From assembly GCA_965217185.1 (NCBI GenBank), contig OZ244252.1, positions 608,001 through 672,000 of the forward strand: a stretch of 64,000 nt of DNA, in the 5' to 3' direction. Positions 49,031 to 59,184 of this stretch are shown in pieces. Below the pieces are notes generated by a model that made no database searches, had not been told where the DNA came from, and saw only the letters and a list, made by a program, of their open reading frames with translations. Source of the DNA: an uncultured Candidatus Entotheonella sp. (GTDB lineage: Bacteria > Tectomicrobia > Entotheonellia > Entotheonellales > Entotheonellaceae). Both the position numbers and the translations under genes were made by a program. The number at the start of each line of letters is the position of its first letter. Within the stretch, counting starts at the first letter, position 1.

Positions 49031-49094
49031 GCGGTTCGGCGCTGATTGTCTTACGGGTGGCGTGCAGTCTGGGGAATGCCTGTCGCGGGGCTTT

Positions 49095-51554
49095 TCATGT
49101 CGTACGGGCGTCTCTCCACGACCTGGGGTTTGCGCGTGCCTGCGCAGGCACGCTGGCCGAAGGCGGCGGACGCCGCCTTCGGGTGAGGGCGACGATGCCC
49201 CCGATGATGGCGACAAGCAGGTTGGTGCCCCCGACGGTGGCGAATTTCCAGAAGCGTCGGATTTCGGGTGTGGGTTGGCTGATGGTGCGGTCGAGGTGTT
49301 TCTTGCCGCGAACGTGGATGAGGTCCTCGCCGAGGGTGATGGCGTCGATGCTGTTGAGGAACAGGTCGGCGTTGCCGCCGATGAGGAAGTTGCGGTGGAA
49401 CATCTGGGCATTGCCGACAACGATGAGCTTGCCGGGGGCAGCGTCAGGCGCTGGGGACCCATCGACGGGCGGAAACTGGCCCTCCACCAGCACGGCCAGG
49501 GGGTATTGCTGGCCGGTAGACGGCGGCTCCAGGTTGTCGGCGGTGAGCTCGGCGTCGCTGGGCACGCGCCAGGCGCGCGGGCTGGTGGAGAAGAGGGCGG
49601 TGGCGTTAAGGCCGTGATCGCGCAGAACGTCGGGTTGCAGGCTCAGGGCGCTGCCCCACAGGTAGAACAACGGCTCCAGGCGGCTGGTGATGGAGACCGC
49701 CGTGTTCATGGCCTGTTGAGGGATGGTCATGTGCAGCGGCAGGTCAAGGGTGACGCCGCTGCCGACCAGAGCGTCCACGAGGGTGTCGGTGTCATGCACG
49801 GTCATGGCCTGATGGTTGACGTCCATCAGCACCGCGGGATCGACCGCGATGCCGTAGTGCTGCAGCCAGTCGTTGATCTCGGGATGCTGCGGCTCCTGGG
49901 TGATGGACACGTCTTGACGCCCCAGCGTGTAGTTCCAGCGATACTGTTGGACCGCCAGAAATACCGACTTGCCCTCGTGCAGGGCCTTGCGCAGCAACAA
50001 CTGGTCCTCGGCAGGCAGGCGTCGCGGATGCAGCACCACGATGGTATGCGCCTCGGGCGGGATACCGTCGGCGAGCGATTCCAAACGCCGCACCTCGTAG
50101 CGTTCGCGTGACAGCAAACGTTCCAGCACGGTGTACGGGTCCTCGGTCTCGGGCAGTGAGCGGCCCATCTGCGTATAGAGCTCTCGCATGTATTCCGGCA
50201 GGTGCAACGGGTCGCGCGGTGCCACCAGCGCCACCAACGGCTGGGTGTCGCGGTGCAGCTTGTCGATGAGGTTGATGAGGCGGTATTCCAGCGTCTCCAG
50301 GTCGCGCGGCAGCAGGCGGGGGATGATGGCTTCGGACTTGTCCTGGTAGGCCACGCCGATGGCGGCGTAGACCAGCTTGTTGACAACGTTGTCGCCCTGC
50401 AGCACCTGCACCGAGAAGGGCCGCACCCCCTGATCCAGAAGGCGCCGCTGCACGTCGGGCATGGCCGTGTCGTCCGGCGCCGCGGCGGTTTCCGCCGGAC
50501 GAATCACGTCAGCCGTTTGCAGATGCACCACCCGGGTGCGCAGATTGCCCTCGCCGGCCAAGCGCATGTCGTCGAGCTGGTCGCGGACGTCGCGTTCCAG
50601 GTAGCGCATGGTAACGGGCAACTGCTGGCGGGGGGTGATGTACAGGCTCACCTGCACGGGTTCCGGCAGTTGCCTCAAGATGCGCCGCGCCGCCGGTGAC
50701 AGCGTGTACAGCTGGTCCTCAGTCAGATCGATCCGGCCGAGGTTTTGCTCGGCCAGCAGCCAGTTGACGGTGAGACCGACGCTCAGACAGAGGGCCACCG
50801 CGGCCAGAAAGCCGTTGCGTGTTGCCGGGCGGCTGCGAATTTCCAAAAACAGACTGTTCAGCATCAGCCAGACTGCTGTCCAGATCAGGAAATACACCAC
50901 GTCGCCGATCACCAACAGGCCGCGCGTGAAGGTCATGTAGTGCTGCGTCACGCCGATGACCTCAGCCAGCAGGGTGCCCAGGCCCGGCCAGGCAGCCTCG
51001 GCCAGGGTGACGACAAACTCGGTGCCCGCCAGGAAGAACCCGAAGCAGCCGAGCAGCGTGAGCATGAAGGCGACGATCTGGTCGCGGCACAGCGCCGAGA
51101 TAAACGACCCCAGGGACAGAAAAAAGACGCCGAGCAGGAGGCTGCCGAAGTAGGCGCCGAGGATGGGGCCGAAGTCGGGCTTGCCCAGCCAATGGAGCAT
51201 CACCGGCAGCACCAGGGTGCCGGCCAGGGCGCTGAGGTAGAAGATCAGGCTGGCAAGGAATTTCCCCAGCACCAGCTCGTAGGCGCGCATCGGGAAGGTG
51301 AGCAGTAGTTCCCAGGTGTTTTGCTTCCGTTCCTCGGCCCACAGGCGCATGCTGACGGCAGGCAGAAACACGCACAGGACGATGGGCAGAATGGTGAAGA
51401 ACACGCGCATGTCGGCCGCCAGGACGGTGAAAAACGGTGCCATGTACAGGCCAATGGTGAGGCTGAGGAAGACGATGAGGGCGATGTAGGCGATGGCCGA
51501 CGTGTAGTAGGCGTTCAGCTCGCGGCGGACAATGGTGCGAAGGTTAGCAAGCAT
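49095..51554 (-). CDS. Second GldF/GldG-like fusion (paralogue of 34058-36553)
   Basis: Shared strings EERKQNTWE, NKLVYAAIGVAY, GNAQMFHRNFL, FLNSIDA. Confidence 0.88.
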   Translation of the reverse strand: MLANLRTIVRRELNAYYTSAIAYIALIVFLSLTIGLYMAPFFTVLAADMRVFFTILPIVLCVFLPAVSMRLWAEERKQNTWELLLTFPMRAYELVLGKFLASLIFYLSALAGTLVLPVMLHWLGKPDFGPILGAYFGSLLLGVFFLSLGSFISALCRDQIVAFMLTLLGCFGFFLAGTEFVVTLAEAAWPGLGTLLAEVIGVTQHYMTFTRGLLVIGDVVYFLIWTAVWLMLNSLFLEIRSRPATRNGFLAAVALCLSVGLTVNWLLAEQNLGRIDLTEDQLYTLSPAARRILRQLPEPVQVSLYITPRQQLPVTMRYLERDVRDQLDDMRLAGEGNLRTRVVHLQTADVIRPAETAAAPDDTAMPDVQRRLLDQGVRPFSVQVLQGDNVVNKLVYAAIGVAYQDKSEAIIPRLLPRDLETLEYRLINLIDKLHRDTQPLVALVAPRDPLHLPEYMRELYTQMGRSLPETEDPYTVLERLLSRERYEVRRLESLADGIPPEAHTIVVLHPRRLPAEDQLLLRKALHEGKSVFLAVQQYRWNYTLGRQDVSITQEPQHPEINDWLQHYGIAVDPAVLMDVNHQAMTVHDTDTLVDALVGSGVTLDLPLHMTIPQQAMNTAVSITSRLEPLFYLWGSALSLQPDVLRDHGLNATALFSTSPRAWRVPSDAELTADNLEPPSTGQQYPLAVLVEGQFPPVDGSPAPDAAPGKLIVVGNAQMFHRNFLIGGNADLFLNSIDAITLGEDLIHVRGKKHLDRTISQPTPEIRRFWKFATVGGTNLLVAIIGGIVALTRRRRPPPSASVPAQARANPRSWRDARTT

Positions 51555-52530
51555 GGGCTGCGGGGGCCTCATCGGAAGCGGGTGGAGCCGTGAGGGCGAG
51601 GAACGTTTCCTCAAGGGTGGGCGGTTGCACGTGCAACTCGCCGACGCGCCAGCCTTTGTCGCTGAGGAGGTTCCCAAGTTGCCGGGATACGCCCGTGCCG
51701 GCGGCGGCCCACACGTCGAACACCGCATAGTCGTCGCGGGAGTGCACCGGACGAACCTCCAGCAATCCGGGCAGGGTTTTCAGCGCCGACTCAACCGCTT
51801 CCCGCGGCGCCGCCACCGACAGGGACGCCCGTTCGTACTGCCGCAGCTCTTGCCGCAAGTCTTCCAGCGTTCCGTTGCCGACGATGCGCCCCTGGTTGAT
51901 GATGACCAGACGGTCGGCGATGGCCTCGACTTCTTGCAGAATGTGGGTGGAGAGCAACACGGTCTTGCCGTCGCTGGCGAGGTCCCAGACGAGCTGCCGC
52001 ACCGCCAAAATCTGGTGGGGGTCGAGGCTGGAGGTGGGCTCGTCGAGGATCAACACCTGTGGGTCATGGATGAGCGCCTGCGCCAGTCCCAGACGTTGCT
52101 GGTATCCCTTCGACAATTCGCGGATGAGCTGGCGGCCCACGCCTTGGAGTCCGCAGCGTTCCTCCACCCAGGCGCGGCGTTGACGCAGCCGGGCGCCCCG
52201 CAGGCCGCGGGCGCGACCGACAAAATTGAGATAGGCGCCGGCCCGCATTTCCGGGTATAACGGCACCACCTCCGGCAGGTAGCCGATCAGGCGCCGTACC
52301 GCTAGGGGCTCGTTGCGCACGCTCTTGCCGCCCACGGTGGCGCTGCCGCGCGTGGGATACAGGTAGGTCGTCAGAATTTTCATGGTCGTCGATTTGCCGG
52401 CACCGTTCGGGCCCAGCAAGCCGACCACCTGACCCGGCTCGACGTCGAAGCTGGCCCCCTCGAGGGCGACCCGCGGGCCGTAGTGCATGGACAGATCGGC
52501 GGCATGAATCACGACGGTCTGCTCCTTCAT
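51544..52530 (-). CDS. Second GldA-like ABC ATP-binding protein
   Basis: VVGLLGPNGAGKSTTMKILTTYLYPT is identical to the first copy. Confidence 0.92.
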   Translation of the reverse strand: MKEQTVVIHAADLSMHYGPRVALEGASFDVEPGQVVGLLGPNGAGKSTTMKILTTYLYPTRGSATVGGKSVRNEPLAVRRLIGYLPEVVPLYPEMRAGAYLNFVGRARGLRGARLRQRRAWVEERCGLQGVGRQLIRELSKGYQQRLGLAQALIHDPQVLILDEPTSSLDPHQILAVRQLVWDLASDGKTVLLSTHILQEVEAIADRLVIINQGRIVGNGTLEDLRQELRQYERASLSVAAPREAVESALKTLPGLLEVRPVHSRDDYAVFDVWAAAGTGVSRQLGNLLSDKGWRVGELHVQPPTLEETFLALTAPPASDEAPAAHAC

Positions 52531-52572
52531 TTCAAGTCTGGCCATCCCAGGAAGGCGCTGACGACTTCACAA

Positions 52573-52603
52573 GTCGTCATTCCGGCGCACGCCGGAATCC
52601 AGG
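52573..52603. repeat. REP-like palindrome (GTCATTCCGGC...GCCGGAATCC type)
   Basis: ATTCCGGCG-CA-CGCCGGAAT stem, intergenic. Confidence 0.7.
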
Positions 52604-52637
52604 ACCGTTATATGACAATCATCTCAAGGGGGCCATC

Positions 52638-53036
52638 ATGTTGGGACATTTGGGCATTAACGTTACGGATTTGGAGCGCGCCAAAGCCTATTACGATCGC
52701 ATGATGCCGTTGCTGGGCTACGAGCCCTACCTCAGCGCCGCGGACCAGTTTGCCTACCGTCCGGCGAACCGTGAGCGCGGCCCGGCGTTGTTCTTCTACC
52801 CGGCGCTCGAAACCGGCCAGCTTTCGCGGCACCGTCCAGGGTTGCAGCATCTTGCCTTCGTGGTGGACTCACGGCCAGCCGTCCACGCGGTGCACGACGC
52901 GGTGCGGACGCTGGGCGGTGAGGTCGTGCACGCCCCGCAACTGTTCCCGCAATACCGGCCCCACTATTACGCCACGTTCTGGTTGGACCCGGAAGGCGTG
53001 ATGCTGGAGGTGCTGTGCCTGCGGCCGGAGGAATAA
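52638..53036 (+). CDS. VOC/glyoxalase family protein
   Basis: GHLGINVTDLERAKAYY, GLQHLAF, YYATFWLDPEG..LE. Confidence 0.9.
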   Translation: MLGHLGINVTDLERAKAYYDRMMPLLGYEPYLSAADQFAYRPANRERGPALFFYPALETGQLSRHRPGLQHLAFVVDSRPAVHAVHDAVRTLGGEVVHAPQLFPQYRPHYYATFWLDPEGVMLEVLCLRPEE

Positions 53037-53055
53037 CCGGGGCCGAAAGCCTGGA

Positions 53056-53376
53056 TTATTTCATGACGGATTTGGGTGTTGAGGCAATACGGGTGACCTT
53101 GATTTTTTCGCGGTCGAGCATGGCGGGAATCTGGGGCGCGATGGTGTTCTTCCAATGATCGCTTTCGTAGACGGCTTCGTACAGGCGTTTGCGCTCCGAC
53201 TCGCTGTCGAAACGGCGAATCCAGACGTACAGATCGTCTTCCTCTTCGCCCACGAAGCTGCCGAGGATGACCATGCCTTTGGAGACCTGGAAGGGAATGA
53301 TCTCGTCTTCCATGAATGATACCCAGGTCTCACGCTGGCCGGGTTTGGTACGGTACTCGCGCAATTCGAGAAACAT
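53056..53376 (-). CDS. NIPSNAP family protein
   Basis: FLELREYRTKPG, YVWIRRFDS, YESDHW. Confidence 0.85.
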   Translation of the reverse strand: MFLELREYRTKPGQRETWVSFMEDEIIPFQVSKGMVILGSFVGEEEDDLYVWIRRFDSESERKRLYEAVYESDHWKNTIAPQIPAMLDREKIKVTRIASTPKSVMK

Positions 53377-53411
53377 GTCGCTCTCCTTAAAATAGGTGTC
53401 TGTCTGGCTGT

Positions 53412-53449
53412 TCCCTCTCTCCTGGATGGAGAGGGTGGGGGTGAGGGGA
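53412..53449. repeat. CCCTCTC/GAGAGGG-GGGGTGAGGG type intergenic repeat
   Basis: CCCTCTCTCCTGGATGGAGAGGGTGGGGGTGAGGGG. Confidence 0.6.
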
Positions 53450-53465
53450 AATCAAGTGAGGCGCA

Positions 53466-53494
53466 AGCATAGGAAGCCTGGGGTTGCCTGTCAA
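53466..53494 (-). promoter_or_regulatory. Putative sigma70 promoter for the NIPSNAP gene
   Basis: Minus strand TTGACA-17 nt-TATGCT. Confidence 0.55.
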
Positions 53495-53654
53495 CCGGCA
53501 GACGGCGCCTTGCGGGCGGCGGCAGTGCAGGACCGAGGCATTCTTCGGAATCGTCGCCTGATGACTTTTGCAACAGACTCTTACATAATCCGCCCGCTGC
53601 GTGACGGCACCGCATTGAATTGGCTTTGCGCATGATTGCAGGAGACTACGAGAT

Positions 53655-56123
53655 ATGCCTGAGATCGCGGTACAGAAACGCGCCCGGGCGGTCATCATCG
53701 GCGCGGGGATCGCCGGTTGCAGCGTGGCGTACCACCTGACGAAGCTCGGCTGGCGCGACCTCGTCGTCGTCGAACAAGGCCCGCTGTTCGAGACGGGCGG
53801 CTCGACTTCTCACGCGCCGGGTCTCGTCTTTCAGATCAACCCGTCGAAGACCATGACGGCGCTTGCGAAGTACACGGCGCAACTATGGTCGGGGATGGAA
53901 CTCGGCGGTGCGCCGTGCGCCAAGACGGTGGGGAGTCTGGAGGTGGCATGGACGCCGGAGCGGCTCACCGACCTGAAGCGCAAGGCCGGGTACGGCTTGA
54001 GTTGGGGCATAGAGGCCCGCCTGCTCAGCCCCGTCGAGGCGCGCGGCCTGTTCCCCATGTTGTCCGACCGTATCCTGGGCGCGTTGCACGTTCCCTCCGA
54101 CATTCAGACAAAGGCGACCCGCCCGGCGGAAGCGATGGCGCGTGAGGCGGAGCGGAACGGCGCGGCATTCCACGGCGGCGTCGAGGTTACCGGCTTCGGG
54201 ATGGACAACGGCCGGATTACGGCGGTCCACACCACGCACGGGGAAATCGCAACGGACTTGGTGGTGGCCGCCACCGGCATCTGGGCACCAACGGTCGGCG
54301 GGCTGGCGGGGGTGCCCATCCCGCTGTCGCCGATGCAGCACCTCTACGCCGTGACCATCCCTGTACCGGAGTTGGCCGGCGCGACGGAGGAGATTTCACT
54401 GCCGATTCTGCGTCACCAGGACGCGGCGACGTATTTCCGGCAGCACGGCGAGGCTATCGGCATCGGCTCCTACAGGCACGAACCCCTGCTGGTGGATGCC
54501 GCCGACATCCTCAGCCACGAGGAAGCGCCGGTCGCCCCGGCGGAGATGCCCTTCACGCCGTCTCACTTCGAAGCGTCGATGACGGCGGCGGGTGACGTTT
54601 TTCCCGCTCTCAAAGGCGTCGGGCTGGCGCGCAAGTTCAACGGCCTGTTCTCATTCACCACGGACGGATTTCCGGTTCTCGGCGAGTCGCCCCAAGTTAA
54701 AGGCTTCTGGTCGGCGCAGGCGGTCTGGATTACCCACGCCGCCGGTGTCGGCAGGGCTGTCGCCGAGTGGATCGTGAACGGCGAGCCGACCCTTGACCTT
54801 CGGGAGTGCGACATCCGCCGCTTCTGCCCGCACGCCCTCAGCCGCCGCTACGTCCGCGCCCGTGCCGCGCAGCAGTACCGCGAGGTGTATGACATCATCC
54901 ACCCGCGCCAGCAGATGGACGACCCCCGGAATCTGCGGCTGACACCGTTCCACGTTCGACAGAAGGAACTGGGCGCCGTCTTTTTCGAGAACGCCGGATG
55001 GGAGCGCCCCCAGTGGTATGAGGCCAACGCGGGCCTGCTGGACGCCCTGGACGTCACGGGCGCATCGCGGTCCGGCTGGGCGGCCCGGGAGTGGTCGCCG
55101 ACGGTCGCCGCAGAGCACGCTGCCACCCGCGAGCGCGTGGCGGTGTTTGACATGACGCCCTTCGCCAAGTTCGAGCTTGCGGGTCCCGGCGCCCTGGCCG
55201 CCCTTCAGCGCCTCGCCGCCAACCAGATGAACAAGCCGGTCGGTGCGATTGCCTACACGTCCATGCTGACGCCCCAGGGCGGGATCAAGTGCGACCTGAC
55301 GGTAACGCGGCTCGGTGAAGAGCGCTTCATGATCGTCACCGGCGGCGCCATGGGATTGCACGATCTGGACTGGATCCGCTCGCACCTGCCGGACGATGGC
55401 GCGGTCAGCGTGGCCGACGTCTCGTCGGGGCGATGCTGCGTCGGCCTGTGGGGACCAAGGGCGCGCGACCTGCTGAGCCGGGTCTGCGAGTCCGACGTTT
55501 CAGACGCGGGGTTCCCGTACATGACTGCGAAGCCCATAATGATTGCCGAAGTCCCGGCGCTGGCGCTTCGCATTTCGTACGTGGGCGAGCTTGGCTGGGA
55601 GATATACGCCCCCGCCGAGCACGGCCTGCGGCTGTGGGACACCCTTTGGGAAGCGGGCCTGCCGCTCGGCGTCATTGCCGCGGGCGGCGGGGCGTTCGAC
55701 TCGCTGCGGCTTGAAAAGGGCTACCGGCTGTGGGGCGCCGACATCCACACGGAGTACGATCCGTACGAGGCGGGCCTCGGGTTCGCGGTGCGGATGCAGA
55801 AAGGGGATTTCGTCGGCAGGGAGAGGCTGCGGGAGAGGCGGGCGCAGGGCCAGACGCGCAGACTGTGCTGCATGACCCTGAACGCCCATGACGCCGTCGT
55901 CATGGGCAAGGAACCGATCATGGACGGCAACCGCGTACTGGGTTACGTGACGAGCGCCAACTACGGCCACTCGATCGGCCGCGGCATCGTCTATGGCTAT
56001 CTGCCGACGAGTCATGCCGAGGTTGGAACGCGCGTTGACGTCATATATTTCGGAGAGCGTCTTCCGGCGACGGTTGCAAAGGAGCCGCTGTACGATCCGA
56101 GCGGCCGGAAGATGAAGGCGTGA
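53655..56123 (+). CDS. FAD-dependent dimethylglycine/sarcosine oxidase-dehydrogenase with GcvT domain
   Basis: IIGAGIAG, GSTSHAPG, AVWITH, GWERP, SYVGELGWE, LRLEKGY. Confidence 0.9.
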   Translation: MPEIAVQKRARAVIIGAGIAGCSVAYHLTKLGWRDLVVVEQGPLFETGGSTSHAPGLVFQINPSKTMTALAKYTAQLWSGMELGGAPCAKTVGSLEVAWTPERLTDLKRKAGYGLSWGIEARLLSPVEARGLFPMLSDRILGALHVPSDIQTKATRPAEAMAREAERNGAAFHGGVEVTGFGMDNGRITAVHTTHGEIATDLVVAATGIWAPTVGGLAGVPIPLSPMQHLYAVTIPVPELAGATEEISLPILRHQDAATYFRQHGEAIGIGSYRHEPLLVDAADILSHEEAPVAPAEMPFTPSHFEASMTAAGDVFPALKGVGLARKFNGLFSFTTDGFPVLGESPQVKGFWSAQAVWITHAAGVGRAVAEWIVNGEPTLDLRECDIRRFCPHALSRRYVRARAAQQYREVYDIIHPRQQMDDPRNLRLTPFHVRQKELGAVFFENAGWERPQWYEANAGLLDALDVTGASRSGWAAREWSPTVAAEHAATRERVAVFDMTPFAKFELAGPGALAALQRLAANQMNKPVGAIAYTSMLTPQGGIKCDLTVTRLGEERFMIVTGGAMGLHDLDWIRSHLPDDGAVSVADVSSGRCCVGLWGPRARDLLSRVCESDVSDAGFPYMTAKPIMIAEVPALALRISYVGELGWEIYAPAEHGLRLWDTLWEAGLPLGVIAAGGGAFDSLRLEKGYRLWGADIHTEYDPYEAGLGFAVRMQKGDFVGRERLRERRAQGQTRRLCCMTLNAHDAVVMGKEPIMDGNRVLGYVTSANYGHSIGRGIVYGYLPTSHAEVGTRVDVIYFGERLPATVAKEPLYDPSGRKMKA

Positions 56124-56187
56124 GTCCATTGCGGATGTTTTCCGAGTCATCGAATTGGCACAGAGCCGAATATGCGGAGGTTTTCAA

Positions 56188-57444
56188 ATGGCGCAGACTT
56201 TGATCATCGATGGCCTCAAGAAGCGCATCCTGCCGATCAACCTGCGGCAGAGCGGCAATAGCGATGCCCAGATGCTAATCTCGACGCGGGTCAGAAAGTC
56301 GCCCTGGTGGCACCTGTCGAAGGCGGCGGGTTGCTGGGCCTATACGACGTACAACCACCTCTATCATCCGAGGGCGTACGTCAGGCCGGAGGAGGGCGGG
56401 CTGATGGCGGAGTACAAGACGCTCACCGAGCACGTCAGCATGTGGGACGTGGCGGTCGAGCGCCAAATCCAGGTCAAGGGCCCGGACGCCGCGGACTTCG
56501 TGGACTATCTGATTACCCGCAACGTACACACCCGGGTGCCGACGATGCAGGCCCGCTACGTCATCCTGTGCAACCAGTACGGCGGCATCATCAACGATCC
56601 GGTGCTGCTGCGGGTGGCCGACGACGAGTTCTGGTTCAGCATCTCCGACTCGGACCTGCTGCTGTGGGCGCAGGGCGTCAACGCCACCGGCAGGTTTAAC
56701 GTCGACATCCACGAGATCGACGTATCCCCGGTCCAAATCCAGGGCCCCAAGTCGGTGCCGCTCATGGAGAAAATGTTCGGCTCCCACGTCAGGGACATTC
56801 CCTACTACGGGCTGATTCACGACACCCTGAACGGCCATCCGGTCACGGTGTCGCGCACCGGGTTCTCCGCCGAGGTCGGGTTCGAGATCTACCTGCACGA
56901 CGCCATGCTCCATGCCGACGATGTCTGGCCGCACATCCTTGCGCAGGGCGAGGAGTTCAATCTGGGCGTCATCGCCCCCAGCCACGTCCGCCGCCTGGAG
57001 GCCGGCATCCTCTCCTACGGCCAGGACATGGACATCGAGAACAATCCCTTCGAGGTCCGGCTCGGCTGGCAGGTGGATTTCGACAAGGGCGACTACATCG
57101 GCAAGGACGCGCTGGCCCGGATCAAGGCGGAGGGGGTCAAGCAGCGGCTCGTTGGCCTCAAGCTCGGTGGCGAACCGATCGTCTGGTACAACGAAGACTT
57201 CTATCTGGTCAAGGACGAGGGCTCCGGCGCCGACGTGGGTTACGTCACCAGCGCCTTCTGGTCTCCGAGCCTGGAGTCGAACATCGCCTTGGCCGTCATG
57301 CCCCGCACCCACTGGCAGAGGGGGACGCGGGTCAAGGTACAGCTCCCCAAGGACGGCATCGTGGACGCCGAAGTGGTGCCGGTGCCGTTCCTCGACCCGA
57401 CGAAGGACATCCCCAAGAAGAAACTGACGGACGCAGCGGCGTAG
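56188..57444 (+). CDS. GcvT/aminomethyltransferase-family THF-dependent enzyme (DmdA-like)
   Basis: WDVAVERQIQVKGPDA, GGIINDPVLL, QIQGPKS, SRTGFS.E.GFEIY, RRLEAGILSYG. Confidence 0.8.
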   Translation: MAQTLIIDGLKKRILPINLRQSGNSDAQMLISTRVRKSPWWHLSKAAGCWAYTTYNHLYHPRAYVRPEEGGLMAEYKTLTEHVSMWDVAVERQIQVKGPDAADFVDYLITRNVHTRVPTMQARYVILCNQYGGIINDPVLLRVADDEFWFSISDSDLLLWAQGVNATGRFNVDIHEIDVSPVQIQGPKSVPLMEKMFGSHVRDIPYYGLIHDTLNGHPVTVSRTGFSAEVGFEIYLHDAMLHADDVWPHILAQGEEFNLGVIAPSHVRRLEAGILSYGQDMDIENNPFEVRLGWQVDFDKGDYIGKDALARIKAEGVKQRLVGLKLGGEPIVWYNEDFYLVKDEGSGADVGYVTSAFWSPSLESNIALAVMPRTHWQRGTRVKVQLPKDGIVDAEVVPVPFLDPTKDIPKKKLTDAAA

Positions 57445-57555
57445 CCAGTCTCAGACACCCGGAAAGGCGTTGCCTCGCTCATCCACGTTCGCCCCCGCAC
57501 CGGTCAAGACCGAGTTCCTGCGCCTTGCTCCATGCCGCACCCCGCCCACCGATCC

Positions 57556-58191
57556 TCAGGACAGCGCTTTGCGGGCCATGACGACGTACAGCGGATCGCT
57601 GCCCGGCGGGAAGGGGGGCGAGCAGTCGCGGGCTTCAAGGTCCACGAACCCACCGGCTTCTCTGAAGTAGGCGGCGATCAGGTCGGCGTGCTGGCGGTCG
57701 TTGAGGCGGCGCCAGACGGCCACCGCCTTGGTGGGGAACATGCGGTTGGAATAGATGACGGCGAACAGGCCGCCCGCCTGCAGGACGCGGTGCACGTCGC
57801 GGAACACGGCGACCGGCTGGGTGAGGTACTGGATCGACACGGTGATGACCGCGGCGTTGAAGCTGGCGTCGCCGAACGGCAGCCGGGCGACGGTGTTGAC
57901 GTCGTGCACCACGAAGTCGTCCAGGTCCGGGTTGTCGGCCATTTCCTCGGCGTTGAGGCCCAGGCCGACGAGGCGGCGTTTGGCCAGCTCGGGCGGCCAG
58001 TGCGAGCGCCAACTGCTGAGCAGATCGAGCACCTCGGCATTGGGCGGCACGGCGTCGCGCAGGAAGTCCGCCACCGCGACGCAGGCGGCTGTGTCGATGT
58101 GCACCACCTTGCGCGGCTCGACGTAGAAGAGAGGGTCCGGGCTGTCGTCCAGGCGCGCAAAATCGTCCGGTTGGAAGAGGGATTCGTTCAT
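57556..58191 (-). CDS. Class I SAM-dependent methyltransferase
   Basis: DPLFYVEPRKVVHID, VLDLLSSW, GLGLNAEEM..NP.L, SNRMFPTKAV. Confidence 0.88.
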   Translation of the reverse strand: MNESLFQPDDFARLDDSPDPLFYVEPRKVVHIDTAACVAVADFLRDAVPPNAEVLDLLSSWRSHWPPELAKRRLVGLGLNAEEMADNPDLDDFVVHDVNTVARLPFGDASFNAAVITVSIQYLTQPVAVFRDVHRVLQAGGLFAVIYSNRMFPTKAVAVWRRLNDRQHADLIAAYFREAGGFVDLEARDCSPPFPPGSDPLYVVMARKALS

Positions 58192-58204
58192 GCCGGGGCG
58201 CCGA

Positions 58205-59164
58205 TCAAAACCAGCGGCTTTTTTCTACGATGTTACGCAACTCGCGGCCCTCGTTGAAGCGCTGGCAGTTGTCGAGCAGCAGCTCGGTGCGGCGCTCCTG
58301 CAGATAAGGGCCGATACCGGCGACGTGCGGCGTCAACAGCACGCCCGGCGTGTTCCACAAGGCATGTTCCGGCGGCAGGGGTTCGATCTCGAATACGTCC
58401 AGACCGGCGCCGGCGATTTCGCCGCCGCGCAGCGCCGCCACCAATTCGTCGAGCTTTACGCAGGCGCCGCGCCCGATGTTGATGATAAAAGCGGATTTGC
58501 GCATGGCGCGAAACTCGGCCTTGCTCATCAGACCCTCGGTTTCGGGGGTGTGCGGCACGGTGAGGATGACAAAATCGGCCTGTGGCAGCATGTCGTGCAA
58601 GGCGTCGGGGCGCTGTAGCTCTTTCATGCTCGGCGGCGCCTCGGGGCGGCGGGCGTCAACGCCCAGAACGGTCATCCCGAAGGCGGCGCAAAGGCGTGCC
58701 GTCTCGCTGCCGATGCCACCGACGCCGACGATGAGAGCGGTGGCTTCCGACAGGTGGATGATGTCATGCTCGCCGTGCGGGCGCCATTGCCGCAGAAGTT
58801 GGCTCGGCAGGTAGTGATGCAGACCGCGCGCGAAGGCCAGCACAAAGGCCATGATGTGGGCGCCGATGTGGTCGTTGTAGATTTCGCGCTGATTGGTGAC
58901 CACCACCTCGTTGTCGATGAGCTCCGGCGTGTAATACCCGGCGGGCGGCGCCGCCGCGGGGGCCTGAATCCAGCGCAGGCGCTTGGCGCGTTTCAACAAA
59001 TCCGGCACCACGTCGCCGTACGCTGCGTCGGCGTCGACAATAGCCCCGCGCGCGGCTTCTGGACTGTCGAACAAGGCCACCTCGCAATCGGGCACCGCGG
59101 CGCGGATTTTCTCCGGCCAGTCCGCCTGCGTGTTGGGCGGCAAGAGAACCATTTTGAAACCCAT
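58205..59164 (-). CDS. D-2-hydroxyacid dehydrogenase
   Basis: GVGGIG, PHTPETEG, INIGRG, LDVFEIEPLP, TPH. Confidence 0.92.
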   Translation of the reverse strand: MGFKMVLLPPNTQADWPEKIRAAVPDCEVALFDSPEAARGAIVDADAAYGDVVPDLLKRAKRLRWIQAPAAAPPAGYYTPELIDNEVVVTNQREIYNDHIGAHIMAFVLAFARGLHHYLPSQLLRQWRPHGEHDIIHLSEATALIVGVGGIGSETARLCAAFGMTVLGVDARRPEAPPSMKELQRPDALHDMLPQADFVILTVPHTPETEGLMSKAEFRAMRKSAFIINIGRGACVKLDELVAALRGGEIAGAGLDVFEIEPLPPEHALWNTPGVLLTPHVAGIGPYLQERRTELLLDNCQRFNEGRELRNIVEKSRWF

Positions 59165-59184
59165 GAGCGACTCCCTCTGTCGGG

